Positions 1 through 9,405 of a DNA stretch of 64,000 nucleotides are shown here, in pieces. Source of the DNA: a phage. The notes beneath the pieces were generated by a model. The model was not told the DNA's origin. It saw only the letters and a program-made list of their open reading frames with translations, and did not search any database. Each line of letters starts with the position of its first letter. Position 1 is the first letter of the stretch. Location: the sequence record PZ386972.1; one strand, 5' to 3'. A program made the position numbers and the translations under genes.

Positions 1-2476
1 GCATCTTATGAAAGAATGCAGCTCTATCATTCGGTTTATCTTTGATATATTGTTCAACATGCTCAACCGTTACATCTTTAATAGACTCAAGATGATAATA
101 GCGAACAAGAAGTAGTTTAGCTTCATACGCATCTGCATGGCGGGGGGCACAATAATCAGGAGTTGAGTACAAAATGGCTTTGATTCGCTCTTCTGTATAC
201 TCTTTACCTGCACCTTCGATAGTTCCCCAGCTTTCACTGAAAATATCAATAGTTGCACCCTGATCAAGCAAGTAATAACGTAAAGTACTAGTATAGTTCC
301 TAGACTCCAGCTCCCTGCGACGTGCGTATAATTGCTGTGCTAACTCCAGCCAACCCTCATCAATGTTATATTGTTCAGAACCTGCGGAAAATCCACTCGT
401 AGATTTATCAATAAAATAATAAATGTTCTGAGCGCCACGGTCGCGCCTGATTGCTTGAAAACGCATGTTTGGCGCTTGGTTACTAGTTCTAGTAATAACG
501 AATACGTTATCAAAATAGTTGAAGTCAACACCACTCGTTACGGATGGACTACATAATAAGCAATCAATTTGTTGGTCAATTAGCTCATTAGTTGTGTAAT
601 CCAGAATACGTCGAATATCCACATCAGACGTAGAGTTTGAGTGGATTTCCTTAACTAACGCACCCGTATTACGACGCAATGCCATGCCCTTCTCATTCAG
701 TTCATCCGGACCACAGTCAGATACTAGGATAGATTTCTCACCCATCTCTAGGGAAGTCTGAAGTGCAACCCAAATACTGGATTCATCAGGGAACTCATAA
801 GCATGAGCTTTTGACAGCATTTTACGATGATGATTATAAAATGCAACCGGTTTATCAAACTCAATCAAAGAACCATATGCTTCAATTGTTTCTGCACTAA
901 TATCCCCATCAGATAATATAATGATTTTTGCAGTTGCAAGAATATCCCGAAGAACCTGAATGCACTCGCGACGTTGTTTAACAACCGGGGCGAATAATAG
1001 GTCATTCATTACTGCATCACATTCATCAATAAAGATTGCATCAATTTGACCAATAAAACTCTTGAACTTATGCAAAGAGTGAATAGTTGTGGACATACGG
1101 TCAATAGCACCACGCTTAAAATTAAGCATATCTACAGACTTATCATATTGTCCTGCGCTAAATTTCTTAGCGTTTGAAGATACCAGCGCTCTAGTATTTG
1201 TAACTGCTAAGAAATTACCTTTAATAACTCCTGAATCTAACCAACGCACAACCGCCGTGGTTTTACCTGTACCTAGACTTGCTTTTACAAAAGTCATATA
1301 ACCTTCTGGCGGTACAGTATTTAATTTCAAAAAGTTATCAGTTTCTAGGGAATTAGTTTCTAGCTTTTTAAGTGGAATACCTTTTAAAACATCAGGTATA
1401 TCACGTTTAGAATTATTAACAAACGCTTTCAGAGCCTGTTTACGACCGTTATTAAAGTAATCTTGAATATTACGACTATTATCTTTAGTTGCAATATATT
1501 CTGATAAGGCTGGACGGATTTCTTTTTCTAGCCATGCAAAATCAACACCATCCTCTAAAGCTCTGTGATAGAGTTTAGGTATGATACGTAGATACACTCC
1601 ATCCTCAGCTTCTTCTAGTTCGCTGATAGTTTCCTCTACTTTATCAGAGGCAGCTTTTTTACCTTTAATTTGATCGAGTAAAGAGTAAAACTCCTCCTTA
1701 AACTCACCTCTAGTTGTTTCATAGTCAACCAGATTATTAGGTAAATTTACTTTAGAACCCTTAACAAATACCAGACGTGAAGCACCCTCCGCCTTAAACG
1801 GATCTACTATACCATCAGTAAATAACGGATCTGCAAAATAATGGAGCTGTACGGAAGAGTAATAAGCTAAGTCGGCAATATCAAAGCCATACTTTTGTCT
1901 ACTACTTTCGTTGATAGATGTAAATAAGAATTTGATTTGACCCTGAGTTACTTTAACATTAGATTCTAGTATTAGGTGCATTCGGATACCTGGTTTTAGC
2001 CCAGCCGAAGACGATGCATGAGCGATAAACCCTGCATCGAGAGGAAACATGTCCTCACTAATACTATTTAACATTCTAATAATATGTCGAGCCATGCCAA
2101 CAAGATCAAACTTGTTACAACCACCTGTATCTACAATACCATCCACGTCCATTGCAATTATATGACTTGGATTAGATACATTAAAGTTGCCCTTCTTACG
2201 CCGCACATTATTTTTAGGTGCAAGACATCGACCTCGTACCGCAACGATATGAGGATCAGACGTTAAACGTCTCATAAGAGGGAGCATTTCTACTAGGGTT
2301 TGAGGATCAACTTCATCAATTACATCAAACTTGAAGGGCATTGAAGCTGGTTTACCTTCAGAATGCTTTGAGGAAAATCTTTTAGCAAAAAGATAGTCTT
2401 CTGCTTTAACTTCTCGCCAAATGCCTGTGGCTAAATCGCGATGAAATCCTGCATGACCTTGTAGGATTGAGAACAC
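1..2476 (-). CDS. SF2-type helicase/ATPase with large N-terminal domain (possible replication initiator or origin-binding helicase); 3' end runs past window start
   Basis: Uninterrupted minus-strand frame from GTG at about 2474-2476 (AGGAG 7 nt upstream) to position 1; translation shows Walker A GTGKTT and Walker B FIDECD; absent from ORF track because no stop lies inside the window. Confidence 0.55.
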   Translation of the reverse strand, partial: MFSILQGHAGFHRDLATGIWREVKAEDYLFAKRFSSKHSEGKPASMPFKFDVIDEVDPQTLVEMLPLMRRLTSDPHIVAVRGRCLAPKNNVRRKKGNFNVSNPSHIIAMDVDGIVDTGGCNKFDLVGMARHIIRMLNSISEDMFPLDAGFIAHASSSAGLKPGIRMHLILESNVKVTQGQIKFLFTSINESSRQKYGFDIADLAYYSSVQLHYFADPLFTDGIVDPFKAEGASRLVFVKGSKVNLPNNLVDYETTRGEFKEEFYSLLDQIKGKKAASDKVEETISELEEAEDGVYLRIIPKLYHRALEDGVDFAWLEKEIRPALSEYIATKDNSRNIQDYFNNGRKQALKAFVNNSKRDIPDVLKGIPLKKLETNSLETDNFLKLNTVPPEGYMTFVKASLGTGKTTAVVRWLDSGVIKGNFLAVTNTRALVSSNAKKFSAGQYDKSVDMLNFKRGAIDRMSTTIHSLHKFKSFIGQIDAIFIDECDAVMNDLLFAPVVKQRRECIQVLRDILATAKIIILSDGDISAETIEAYGSLIEFDKPVAFYNHHRKMLSKAHAYEFPDESSIWVALQTSLEMGEKSILVSDCGPDELNEKGMALRRNTGALVKEIHSNSTSDVDIRRILDYTTNELIDQQIDCLLCSPSVTSGVDFNYFDNVFVITRTSNQAPNMRFQAIRRDRGAQNIYYFIDKSTSGFSAGSEQYNIDEGWLELAQQLYARRRELESRNYTSTLRYYLLDQGATIDIFSESWGTIEGAGKEYTEERIKAILYSTPDYCAPRHADAYEAKLLLVRYYHLESIKDVTVEHVEQYIKDKPNDRAAFFHKM

Positions 2477-3095
2477 AACAATACTCCTGTGTTGGAAATG
2501 AAATAAGTTTTCTTTAGGACTATTCAGAAAGAATAGAACAACTGTTACTGTCAATTTCTCAACAAATTAATTGCAAATACTGAAGTGGGGTGGCAACTTC
2601 CACTTTCACGCTGCGCTGCTGCTTTGCTATATCGCACAAATCCTTGAGGATGGCCGCTAAGCCAGATTTGCTCACCTAATGCTTCATATACTAGCTCATA
2701 CTAGATGCAATATAACTTACAGAATCACGTCTCGGAGTTTTTCACTCCTCCCGTCTCACTTCACAACCACCTCTATCTAGGTTGCTTCGAGGCCTTACCA
2801 GGGTTCCTACGGGACGCAGATCGCTAAGTATTCTATTAACTATTTGTTTAAAAACTAACACGTAACAGTTAAAACAACCCTTAATGTGGCAGCCTAACTG
2901 TTCCGTATCGCGGATTGTAAACAAGAAAAATTAGCAAAATCAATTTTTACTAATGTCTCTCAATTCAATATAAATATTATACCAAGATTTTGGGCATCAT
3001 GCAAGTAAAATTTTCCGGATGGTGCTATCATTGGTCTTAAGTACGGATAAAACCGAGCCAAAATGACTCGGTAATCAGAGTTCAGCTAATAAAAA
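2477..3095. other. about 620 nt non-coding spacer, GC-richer than flanks, no ORF of 60 aa or more
   Basis: Only short ORFs in six-frame track; several local inverted repeats visible. Confidence 0.4.
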
Positions 3096-3488
3096 TCATT
3101 CATCATTTAATCCTGGAACATAGATCCCAACACGATTTAATTGTTCTTTAGCTTCTGCGAGAATATCTGGAGTGTACTCCCAAATATCGTCTTCCACCTG
3201 TAAAAGATGGGAAGAACAACCATCATGCGGCACACGACATATGGCCAAACCACGTGGATGGAACAAAGAGAAATTTAGGGCAACAATTAAACCCATAGCA
3301 GACAACTCATTCCAATCCAACTCCCATTCCCCCGCGTAGCCGGATAGGAAAACACCAACACAGGGATCATCTATTTGCTGCTCCGGAAAAGTGAAGGAGG
3401 CTTGTCTTACCCCCAACCAACGTTGTAGCAGCTTCTCCGCACGTTTCACCAAACTAGGATCAATCTGACGCCAATATACTTGTTCCAT
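3096..3488 (-). CDS. hypothetical protein, paralog of the adjacent 3498..3926 gene
   Basis: ORF track; shares DDP/EAPC-G, MGL-ALN-LF-P and PGL motifs with neighbour. Confidence 0.5.
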   Translation of the reverse strand: MEQVYWRQIDPSLVKRAEKLLQRWLGVRQASFTFPEQQIDDPCVGVFLSGYAGEWELDWNELSAMGLIVALNFSLFHPRGLAICRVPHDGCSSHLLQVEDDIWEYTPDILAEAKEQLNRVGIYVPGLNDE

Positions 3489-3497
3489 TCTGCCTCC

Positions 3498-3926
3498 TTA
3501 AGCAGTTAAACCTGGGATCATATACCCGAAACGTCGAAGTTTCTGAATCCCATCATTTACTTCTTCCGGTGAGTAAGACCAACCGTAACGTTCATTAACC
3601 TGAAAACCAGGAGATTCACTAGTTTTATAGTTAACAACAAGGCGATGCTTAGCAGGCATAAACAGCTTATAGTTTAACGCAAAAACTAAGCCCATTTCAT
3701 CTAACTCTTTCCAGCCGACAATTTCTTCAAGACCCTCCTCTACCTGAACAATTAAACCAATACAGGGAGCCTCATCAATATCATCTTTAAAAGCAAAGGA
3801 GATTTCGTTATTCTCACACCATATTTTCAAAGAGTTAATAGCCTCATTATATAGGCTAGCTGGGAGAGTACGCCAAAAGTTAACCAAAATTGGGTTAGCT
3901 TCTTTAGAGAATACATTATTGAACAT
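3498..3926 (-). CDS. hypothetical protein, paralog of 3096..3488
   Basis: ORF track; tandem arrangement with 10 nt spacing; shared motifs with neighbour. Confidence 0.5.
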   Translation of the reverse strand: MFNNVFSKEANPILVNFWRTLPASLYNEAINSLKIWCENNEISFAFKDDIDEAPCIGLIVQVEEGLEEIVGWKELDEMGLVFALNYKLFMPAKHRLVVNYKTSESPGFQVNERYGWSYSPEEVNDGIQKLRRFGYMIPGLTA

Positions 3927-3928
3927 AT

Positions 3929-4435
3929 TTACACCTTAAATTGCTGTAAGGATTTACACATTTCAAGATCCGGACTAAATTCTAGCATATAGCTAACAGC
4001 TTTTAAATCTTGAAGATTTATCCCAGTCCTACCGTTGACTATAACCGTTGGATACTGATACATCATAGCACCCGCATCATCAAGCACACACCAATGTTTG
4101 AGCTTATGCTTTTCAACGAAGCGAAGAACAGAATTACCCCTAGATAATCCACCTCCAGTAAAATCCGTTGTACCAAGAAAGCGATCGATAAGACCTAATC
4201 CGGTCATAATCTGAACGTTCTCCATCTCATTTCTAACAGAGAACCAAGATGATACCCCAACAATCATTATTGGGGAAGGACGAATAAAGTCCTGAAAAGC
4301 CTTGAGAAGTGGTTTGAAAACCCAGTCACTTCCAAAGAAAATCTTTTCATCATCAGGTGCATGATGGTGGGAGATGCTCGAATTGAGCACCCCATCAATA
4401 TCTAGAAAAATAATTGGAGTATTACTTATTTCCAT
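3929..4435 (-). CDS. HAD-superfamily phosphatase (nucleotidase-like)
   Basis: N-terminal FLDIDGVL motif (DxDxV/T) typical of HAD hydrolases. Confidence 0.5.
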   Translation of the reverse strand: MEISNTPIIFLDIDGVLNSSISHHHAPDDEKIFFGSDWVFKPLLKAFQDFIRPSPIMIVGVSSWFSVRNEMENVQIMTGLGLIDRFLGTTDFTGGGLSRGNSVLRFVEKHKLKHWCVLDDAGAMMYQYPTVIVNGRTGINLQDLKAVSYMLEFSPDLEMCKSLQQFKV

Positions 4436-4604
4436 TTTTGTTCCTTTCTAAGAACGTATCATACTCAACCGTATCAACATATATAACACCATAGTCATCG
4501 GATTTATAGTCCATTTCCCACAGCTCACAGCGATAGCACCAACTACCATCAGCCCATACAAATATATCATCGGGATGTGTATAAACAGATTTAACTATGG
4601 ACAT
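4422..4604 (-). CDS. small hypothetical protein with WCYR motif
   Basis: ORF track; motif DIFVWADGSWCYR shared with next ORF. Confidence 0.35.
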   Translation of the reverse strand: MSIVKSVYTHPDDIFVWADGSWCYRCELWEMDYKSDDYGVIYVDTVEYDTFLERNKNGNK

Positions 4605-4780
4605 ACCTGTTTCTCCTCATCTCCAGAGGAGAACCACATATTATCCGTAGTATAGATAATTTTATATGTGTATCCCAACCGTTTTCTTACACTAGGAAAC
4701 CTGTAGGCAAACCTATAACACCAAGTGCCAGACTCAGTTATAAAAATATCCCATTCATTATTTCTTGCTTCTCGACACAT
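4595..4780 (-). CDS. small hypothetical protein with WCYR motif (paralog of 4422..4604)
   Basis: ORF track; motif DIFITESGTWCYR. Confidence 0.35.
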   Translation of the reverse strand: MCREARNNEWDIFITESGTWCYRFAYRFPSVRKRLGYTYKIIYTTDNMWFSSGDEEKQVCP

Positions 4781-5576
4781 AAGGTCTACCCTCTAAATGA
4801 GCTTCTACACGAGCAATAAAATCAGGATCACTGAAAGCATCTACCGCACCCTTACTCCAATAAGGGATACTACGTTCTTCCAGCTGGTACATCTCACTAC
4901 GAGTCATACCCTGATAGCCTGGCTCCGCTGCTAGGGCACTATCATAGTAGTTAACTACCATAAATTTCGCAGCAGTCCTATTAAGAACAGGAAATAATTC
5001 CCAGTAGAAGTTAATTACTTGGTTAGAGCAACCAACCACAACGATCATATCTTGGCTGGTAATACCATCAAAAACATTGTACATTTCTGCATATGCTGGA
5101 GCATGCTCTCCAAAGAAGATTACATTAGGTTTAACCCATTTATAATCATCTGGATCAATAGAAGTATATCCTACATCAATAACCAGTTTATTGCTACTAT
5201 TGTAGCTATCAGCTACAACAACCTCTTTTAAATATCCGTGAATGTGCAGAATGTCACTATGTGGAACGCCAGCACGCTCAATAAGGTCATCGACGTTGGT
5301 AGTCAAGTTTACTACTTGACCTGGATATTGTTTATACCATTCACCAATACGCAAATGCGCAAGATTGGGTTCAACAGTTTTTAGCTCTTCACGACGCTTG
5401 TTGTAAAACATATGGGTTTTATGATAAAAATTACCACGAAAGGCATGAATATTACATACTTCTTCTAGATCATAATCATCCCACAATGCTTTACCACTAG
5501 CAGTATCAGTACGAAAAGCTCGTACACCACTTTCAACACTCAAACCTGCACCGCTAATAATAATTAATCTACGCAT
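4758..5576 (-). CDS. Sir2-family NAD-dependent deacylase/ADP-ribosyltransferase-like protein
   Basis: N-terminal IISGAGLSVESGVRAFR matches the sirtuin GAGxSxxSGIxxFR NAD-binding signature. Confidence 0.65.
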   Translation of the reverse strand: MRRLIIISGAGLSVESGVRAFRTDTASGKALWDDYDLEEVCNIHAFRGNFYHKTHMFYNKRREELKTVEPNLAHLRIGEWYKQYPGQVVNLTTNVDDLIERAGVPHSDILHIHGYLKEVVVADSYNSSNKLVIDVGYTSIDPDDYKWVKPNVIFFGEHAPAYAEMYNVFDGITSQDMIVVVGCSNQVINFYWELFPVLNRTAAKFMVVNYYDSALAAEPGYQGMTRSEMYQLEERSIPYWSKGAVDAFSDPDFIARVEAHLEGRPYVSRSKK

Positions 5577-5790
5577 TTTTCACCTGTTCTCTGAAGTTTT
5601 GCCCAATACTGTCTAATAGCTCAGCTAATTCTTTATTGCCTTTCTCCGTTAAGGTATTAGCAATAACTTCTAGCATAGTAGCGCAGGATTCAACACCGTC
5701 CTTATAGCCAGCTTCCCATTGCTGCATTAATGCGTTTTCCAAAGCAGCGTTTAAACCCTTATCTGGTAGCATCGGCTTCGAGAATGCCAT
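5569..5790 (-). CDS. hypothetical protein
   Basis: ORF track, overlaps start of Sir2 gene by 8 nt (operon-like). Confidence 0.35.
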   Translation of the reverse strand: MAFSKPMLPDKGLNAALENALMQQWEAGYKDGVESCATMLEVIANTLTEKGNKELAELLDSIGQNFREQVKNA

Positions 5791-5977
5791 AAAGTTTCTC
5801 CTCTAGTTCCATAACACGATTTTCATAAGAGGCACGCAACTTTTCAATTGCCAGCGCACGCACTGTAACCTCATTAGAGTTAATAGCTAATTGGGCCAGA
5901 TCTTCTGTTTCCATACGTCCGTTGTAAATTAAGCGATATTTAAGATGTTTTACATTCTTCATAGTTTCTCCTCTCAA
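5759..5977 (-). CDS. hypothetical protein
   Basis: ORF track, RBS-like GGAGA upstream. Confidence 0.35.
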   Translation of the reverse strand: MRGETMKNVKHLKYRLIYNGRMETEDLAQLAINSNEVTVRALAIEKLRASYENRVMELEEKLYGILEADATR

Positions 5978-6060
5978 ATTTATAAATCAATTATACATAA
6001 GTTTTAGCTCGAAAGCAAATAAAATAAAAGCCAGGTCGACTAGCAACCCGGCTGATTAGC

Positions 6061-7935
6061 TTATTTAGCTCGAATATCCTGATGTTTCACCCTACCCATA
6101 ACTTCATGTTGTTTGCCGGGGTTAAATGGACGAGCACCCGGATTTCCAAGATACCCACAAACTCGACGAGTTACTTCAAGAGTTTCTGGGTCATGATTAC
6201 CACAGATAGGGCACTTAAATCCATCTTCGGATGCTATTGTTTCACCTAAGAATCCACATTTACCACAAGAATCTACTGGAGTATTAATACCGAAGTAATG
6301 AACCTTACTAGCAGCATAATTAATAACCCATTCGAGTGCATCTGGGAATCGTTTCATATCCGGTAGTTCTACATAGGAAATACACCCACCAGAAGCAATC
6401 GGAGTAAAGTTAGATTCATAATCAAATTTCACGTTAGGAGCAACTTTACGTTCTACATCAAGGTGATGCGAGTTAGTATAGTATCCTTTGGACAGAATAT
6501 CTTCATGCTCCGGGAAATATTCACGATCTAGACGACAAAAACGGTCACATAGGGACTCTGATGGTGTAGCATACAGGCTATAACCTAACTTAGTTTCTTC
6601 CTTCTTCTGATCTACCCTATCCCGCATGTACTGCAGTACACGCTGAACAAACTTGATGCAGGTCTCGGACATTGTGTCTATATCTTTGCCAAACATGAAC
6701 TGTAGCATTTCATGGCAACCAATATACCCTAGAGATACAGAAGCACGGTTATAGAAATGATCGAATACGTATTCATCAGGCTCCAAGCGCAGTCCAAAGG
6801 CTCCTGACATATAGAGGATGGGTGCAGCTTTAGCTTGAATGTATTTTAAGCGATCAACTCTCCACTCCAATGCTTTTAACGCTGTATCCACACGTAGCTC
6901 AAGCAAATCAAAGAATAGGTCAATATTTCCTTCAGCTTCGATAGCAATTCTAGGCAAGTTTACAGAAACAACACCTAAGTTATTACGACCGGCAGTTTCA
7001 CCATCTTCTGTAGCAGCTAGGAATGAACGGCAGCCCATAGAAACTTTGTAGTCTCCAGTAACTTCTACAACTTTGTCATAGCTGATATAATCTGGATACA
7101 TACGTTCAGCAGTACATTTCATAGCTAACTTCTTGATGTCATAATTAACATCTCCTGGTTTCATATTTACGCCATCACGAAGCACAAATACCAGTTTCGG
7201 GAAGATAGCTGTACGTTTATTGATACCTAAACCATCCATGCGTACTTTCAGTATTGCTTTCTGTACTAGACGTGCTTCCCAAGAAGTTCCTAGACCAAAA
7301 CCAAAGGTAATAAATGGACTCTGACCATTAGAGTTGAACATCGTATTGATTTCATACTCTAGACCCTGACAAGCATCATAGACTTCTTTTTCAGTCATCT
7401 CCGTAGCCATTACTGATGCTTTGGCTTCATCCTTAGTCCAACGTTTTGCAAAGGCATGATTTTTGTCATAGGATTTACGAACATAAGGAGCTAATACCTC
7501 ATCTAATCGGTCTACAGAAGTACCACCATACTGATGGGAGCTAACCTGTGTGATAATCTGAGCTGTAATAGCCGCCGCAGTAGTAATAGAGTTTGGAGTA
7601 CTAATTTCAGCATTACCAACCTTCATACCATTCTTCAACATATCTTCCAGAGCTACCAGACAACAATTAGTCATGCCTAATGCAGCATAATCAGCATCAT
7701 GGAAATGAATATCCCCAATCATATGAGCATTTCGAATCTGAATTGGCATTTCTTCTAGAATCAGATACTTACTCAATTCACCTGCAAGCATATCCCTCTG
7801 TGTAGGGAAACGTTCTGAGGGTTTATTGGCATTATTAAACAGCAGCTCTTCATCTGCTGACCCTTCGATAATCTCTTTGCAGTTTCTAATTAACGCCTGC
7901 ATTTCTTTATACTTTAGTTCTTCATTGCGATTCAT
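6061..7935 (-). CDS. nrdD: anaerobic ribonucleoside-triphosphate reductase (class III RNR)
   Basis: 624 aa; C-terminal glycyl-radical motif RVCGYLG and Cys-rich CxxC...CxxC zinc ribbon; overall NrdD-like sequence. Confidence 0.85.
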   Translation of the reverse strand: MNRNEELKYKEMQALIRNCKEIIEGSADEELLFNNANKPSERFPTQRDMLAGELSKYLILEEMPIQIRNAHMIGDIHFHDADYAALGMTNCCLVALEDMLKNGMKVGNAEISTPNSITTAAAITAQIITQVSSHQYGGTSVDRLDEVLAPYVRKSYDKNHAFAKRWTKDEAKASVMATEMTEKEVYDACQGLEYEINTMFNSNGQSPFITFGFGLGTSWEARLVQKAILKVRMDGLGINKRTAIFPKLVFVLRDGVNMKPGDVNYDIKKLAMKCTAERMYPDYISYDKVVEVTGDYKVSMGCRSFLAATEDGETAGRNNLGVVSVNLPRIAIEAEGNIDLFFDLLELRVDTALKALEWRVDRLKYIQAKAAPILYMSGAFGLRLEPDEYVFDHFYNRASVSLGYIGCHEMLQFMFGKDIDTMSETCIKFVQRVLQYMRDRVDQKKEETKLGYSLYATPSESLCDRFCRLDREYFPEHEDILSKGYYTNSHHLDVERKVAPNVKFDYESNFTPIASGGCISYVELPDMKRFPDALEWVINYAASKVHYFGINTPVDSCGKCGFLGETIASEDGFKCPICGNHDPETLEVTRRVCGYLGNPGARPFNPGKQHEVMGRVKHQDIRAK

Positions 7936-7964
7936 TATACTCTCCTTCTCTAACTAAGACTACT

Positions 7965-7993
7965 ATTATAACTCATTCGAGGGCGGATGTCAA
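7965..7993 (-). promoter_or_regulatory. sigma70 consensus promoter (TTGACA-17-TATAAT on minus strand) driving nrdD
   Basis: Reverse complement of the plus strand reads TTGACA, 17 nt spacer, TATAAT. Confidence 0.6.
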
Positions 7994-8044
7994 CAATATT
8001 TTACTATAAAGTTCTGTAACATGATCTGAGTCAAAAAATTTTAT

Positions 8045-8073
8045 TTGCCAATTTCTATTAAAAATTGTATAAT
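8045..8073 (+). promoter_or_regulatory. promoter TTGCCA-17-TATAAT followed by palindrome CACGCACTCGTGCACGCG
   Basis: Seen in sequence upstream of phoH. Confidence 0.5.
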
Positions 8074-8186
8074 CACGCACTCGTGCACGCGATATAAAAT
8101 GATTATCTAGTATCACACATCTCACGTTAAAAGCAAGCAAATTTTTTATTTAAATGCAATATCATAGGCTTATTTAAAATTGTAGT

Positions 8187-8214
8187 TGCTTTTTACTGTA
8201 TATATTGGTATAAT
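8187..8214 (+). promoter_or_regulatory. T5-type early promoter (TTGCTT-16-TATAAT)
   Basis: Member of the dispersed promoter module family. Confidence 0.55.
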
Positions 8215-8287
8215 ATATTTGTAAGTTGATAAACAAGATCTTTTTGTTGATCCTCTGTTAGCGAAGTACACTATAGGAGTGTTATTT

Positions 8288-9040
8288 ATGGGAAAAGCAC
8301 GTCAAAAAAGAGAGAACCGCAATGGTTCAAGAAAGCGTGGCAACAAATATGAGAATAACGTAATTCAGGCTGATTTTTCTAATGATTACGCTAACCCAGT
8401 TGCTAAATCCCTAGTAGGTAAAAACCGCGAGCAAAAATCATATATCAATATGATCAAGAACAACACAGTGACTGTGGGTATCGGTGAGCCAGGTACTGGT
8501 AAAACCTTTATTCCGTCCGTTCTTGCAGCTCAGGAACTCGTAGACATTCACTCAGATATTGAGCAAGTGATCCTCGTACGTCCTAATGAACCTCTAGGTA
8601 AGTCTCTTGGTATGCTTCCTGGTGATCTAGCAGAAAAGCTAGAGCCTTGGTTGGAGCCAATAGCTGATGGTATGAAATGGGCCATCGGCGAACATGCCTA
8701 TAAGGGATATGTCGAACGTCAGAAAATTAAATTTTTGGCTATCGAACATGCTCGTGGCAGAACTTTCAACAACTCCTATGTAATTGTCGATGAAGCTCAG
8801 AATATTTCCGTTGAGGCAATGATTTGTCTCCTAACTCGTGTAGGACAAGACTGCCGTTTAATTATCTGCGGAGATATAGCTCAGAAAGACATTAAAGGTG
8901 ACTCAGGTCTAGCACTCCTTATGGAAGTCTATGAGAAATACGAAAATGCCCCATTCTCAATGATCGAATTGATTGATAACGTTCGTTCTGTTGAGTCTAA
9001 AGCATTCTATGACATCTTTAAAGACATGGGGAAGGTGTAA
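8288..9040 (+). CDS. phoH: PhoH-like ATPase
   Basis: Walker A GEPGTGKTF and PhoH-like body; start moved to ATG 8288 with AGGAG RBS (track gives GTG 8279). Confidence 0.8.
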   Translation: MGKARQKRENRNGSRKRGNKYENNVIQADFSNDYANPVAKSLVGKNREQKSYINMIKNNTVTVGIGEPGTGKTFIPSVLAAQELVDIHSDIEQVILVRPNEPLGKSLGMLPGDLAEKLEPWLEPIADGMKWAIGEHAYKGYVERQKIKFLAIEHARGRTFNNSYVIVDEAQNISVEAMICLLTRVGQDCRLIICGDIAQKDIKGDSGLALLMEVYEKYENAPFSMIELIDNVRSVESKAFYDIFKDMGKV

Positions 9041-9041
9041 T

Positions 9042-9263
9042 ATGGGAAACGTCGTTCATCTGAGCCGTAAAACTAAAATACATCGTACTTCACTGAGTGC
9101 TGCTAATATGATTACACGTAAGGAAGGGGAAGAAAGTCCTAAGACAACCCTAGCGTGGAAAATTGTAACCTCAAATCCAAATAAACCATTCAATTATAAC
9201 GAGCTGAGCACCTCCATAGATATTCTATTAAAAGAAGTAGCTAGAGCTAAAGTAATTGAATAA
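9042..9263 (+). CDS. hypothetical protein
   Basis: ORF track 8973..9263; internal ATG 9042 preferred because it avoids overlap with phoH. Confidence 0.35.
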   Translation: MGNVVHLSRKTKIHRTSLSAANMITRKEGEESPKTTLAWKIVTSNPNKPFNYNELSTSIDILLKEVARAKVIE

Positions 9264-9405
9264 GCTAAAAAGCTAGACTGGTAATATACAGGGCCTGGGT
9301 ATGAAAATACTCGGGCCTTTTCTATCAGAAAATTTTATTTGCCTAATGACCGATAATAAAGTAGAATATTCCTTAAATCCTGATAACTATAAAAAGGAAA
9401 GCCAA

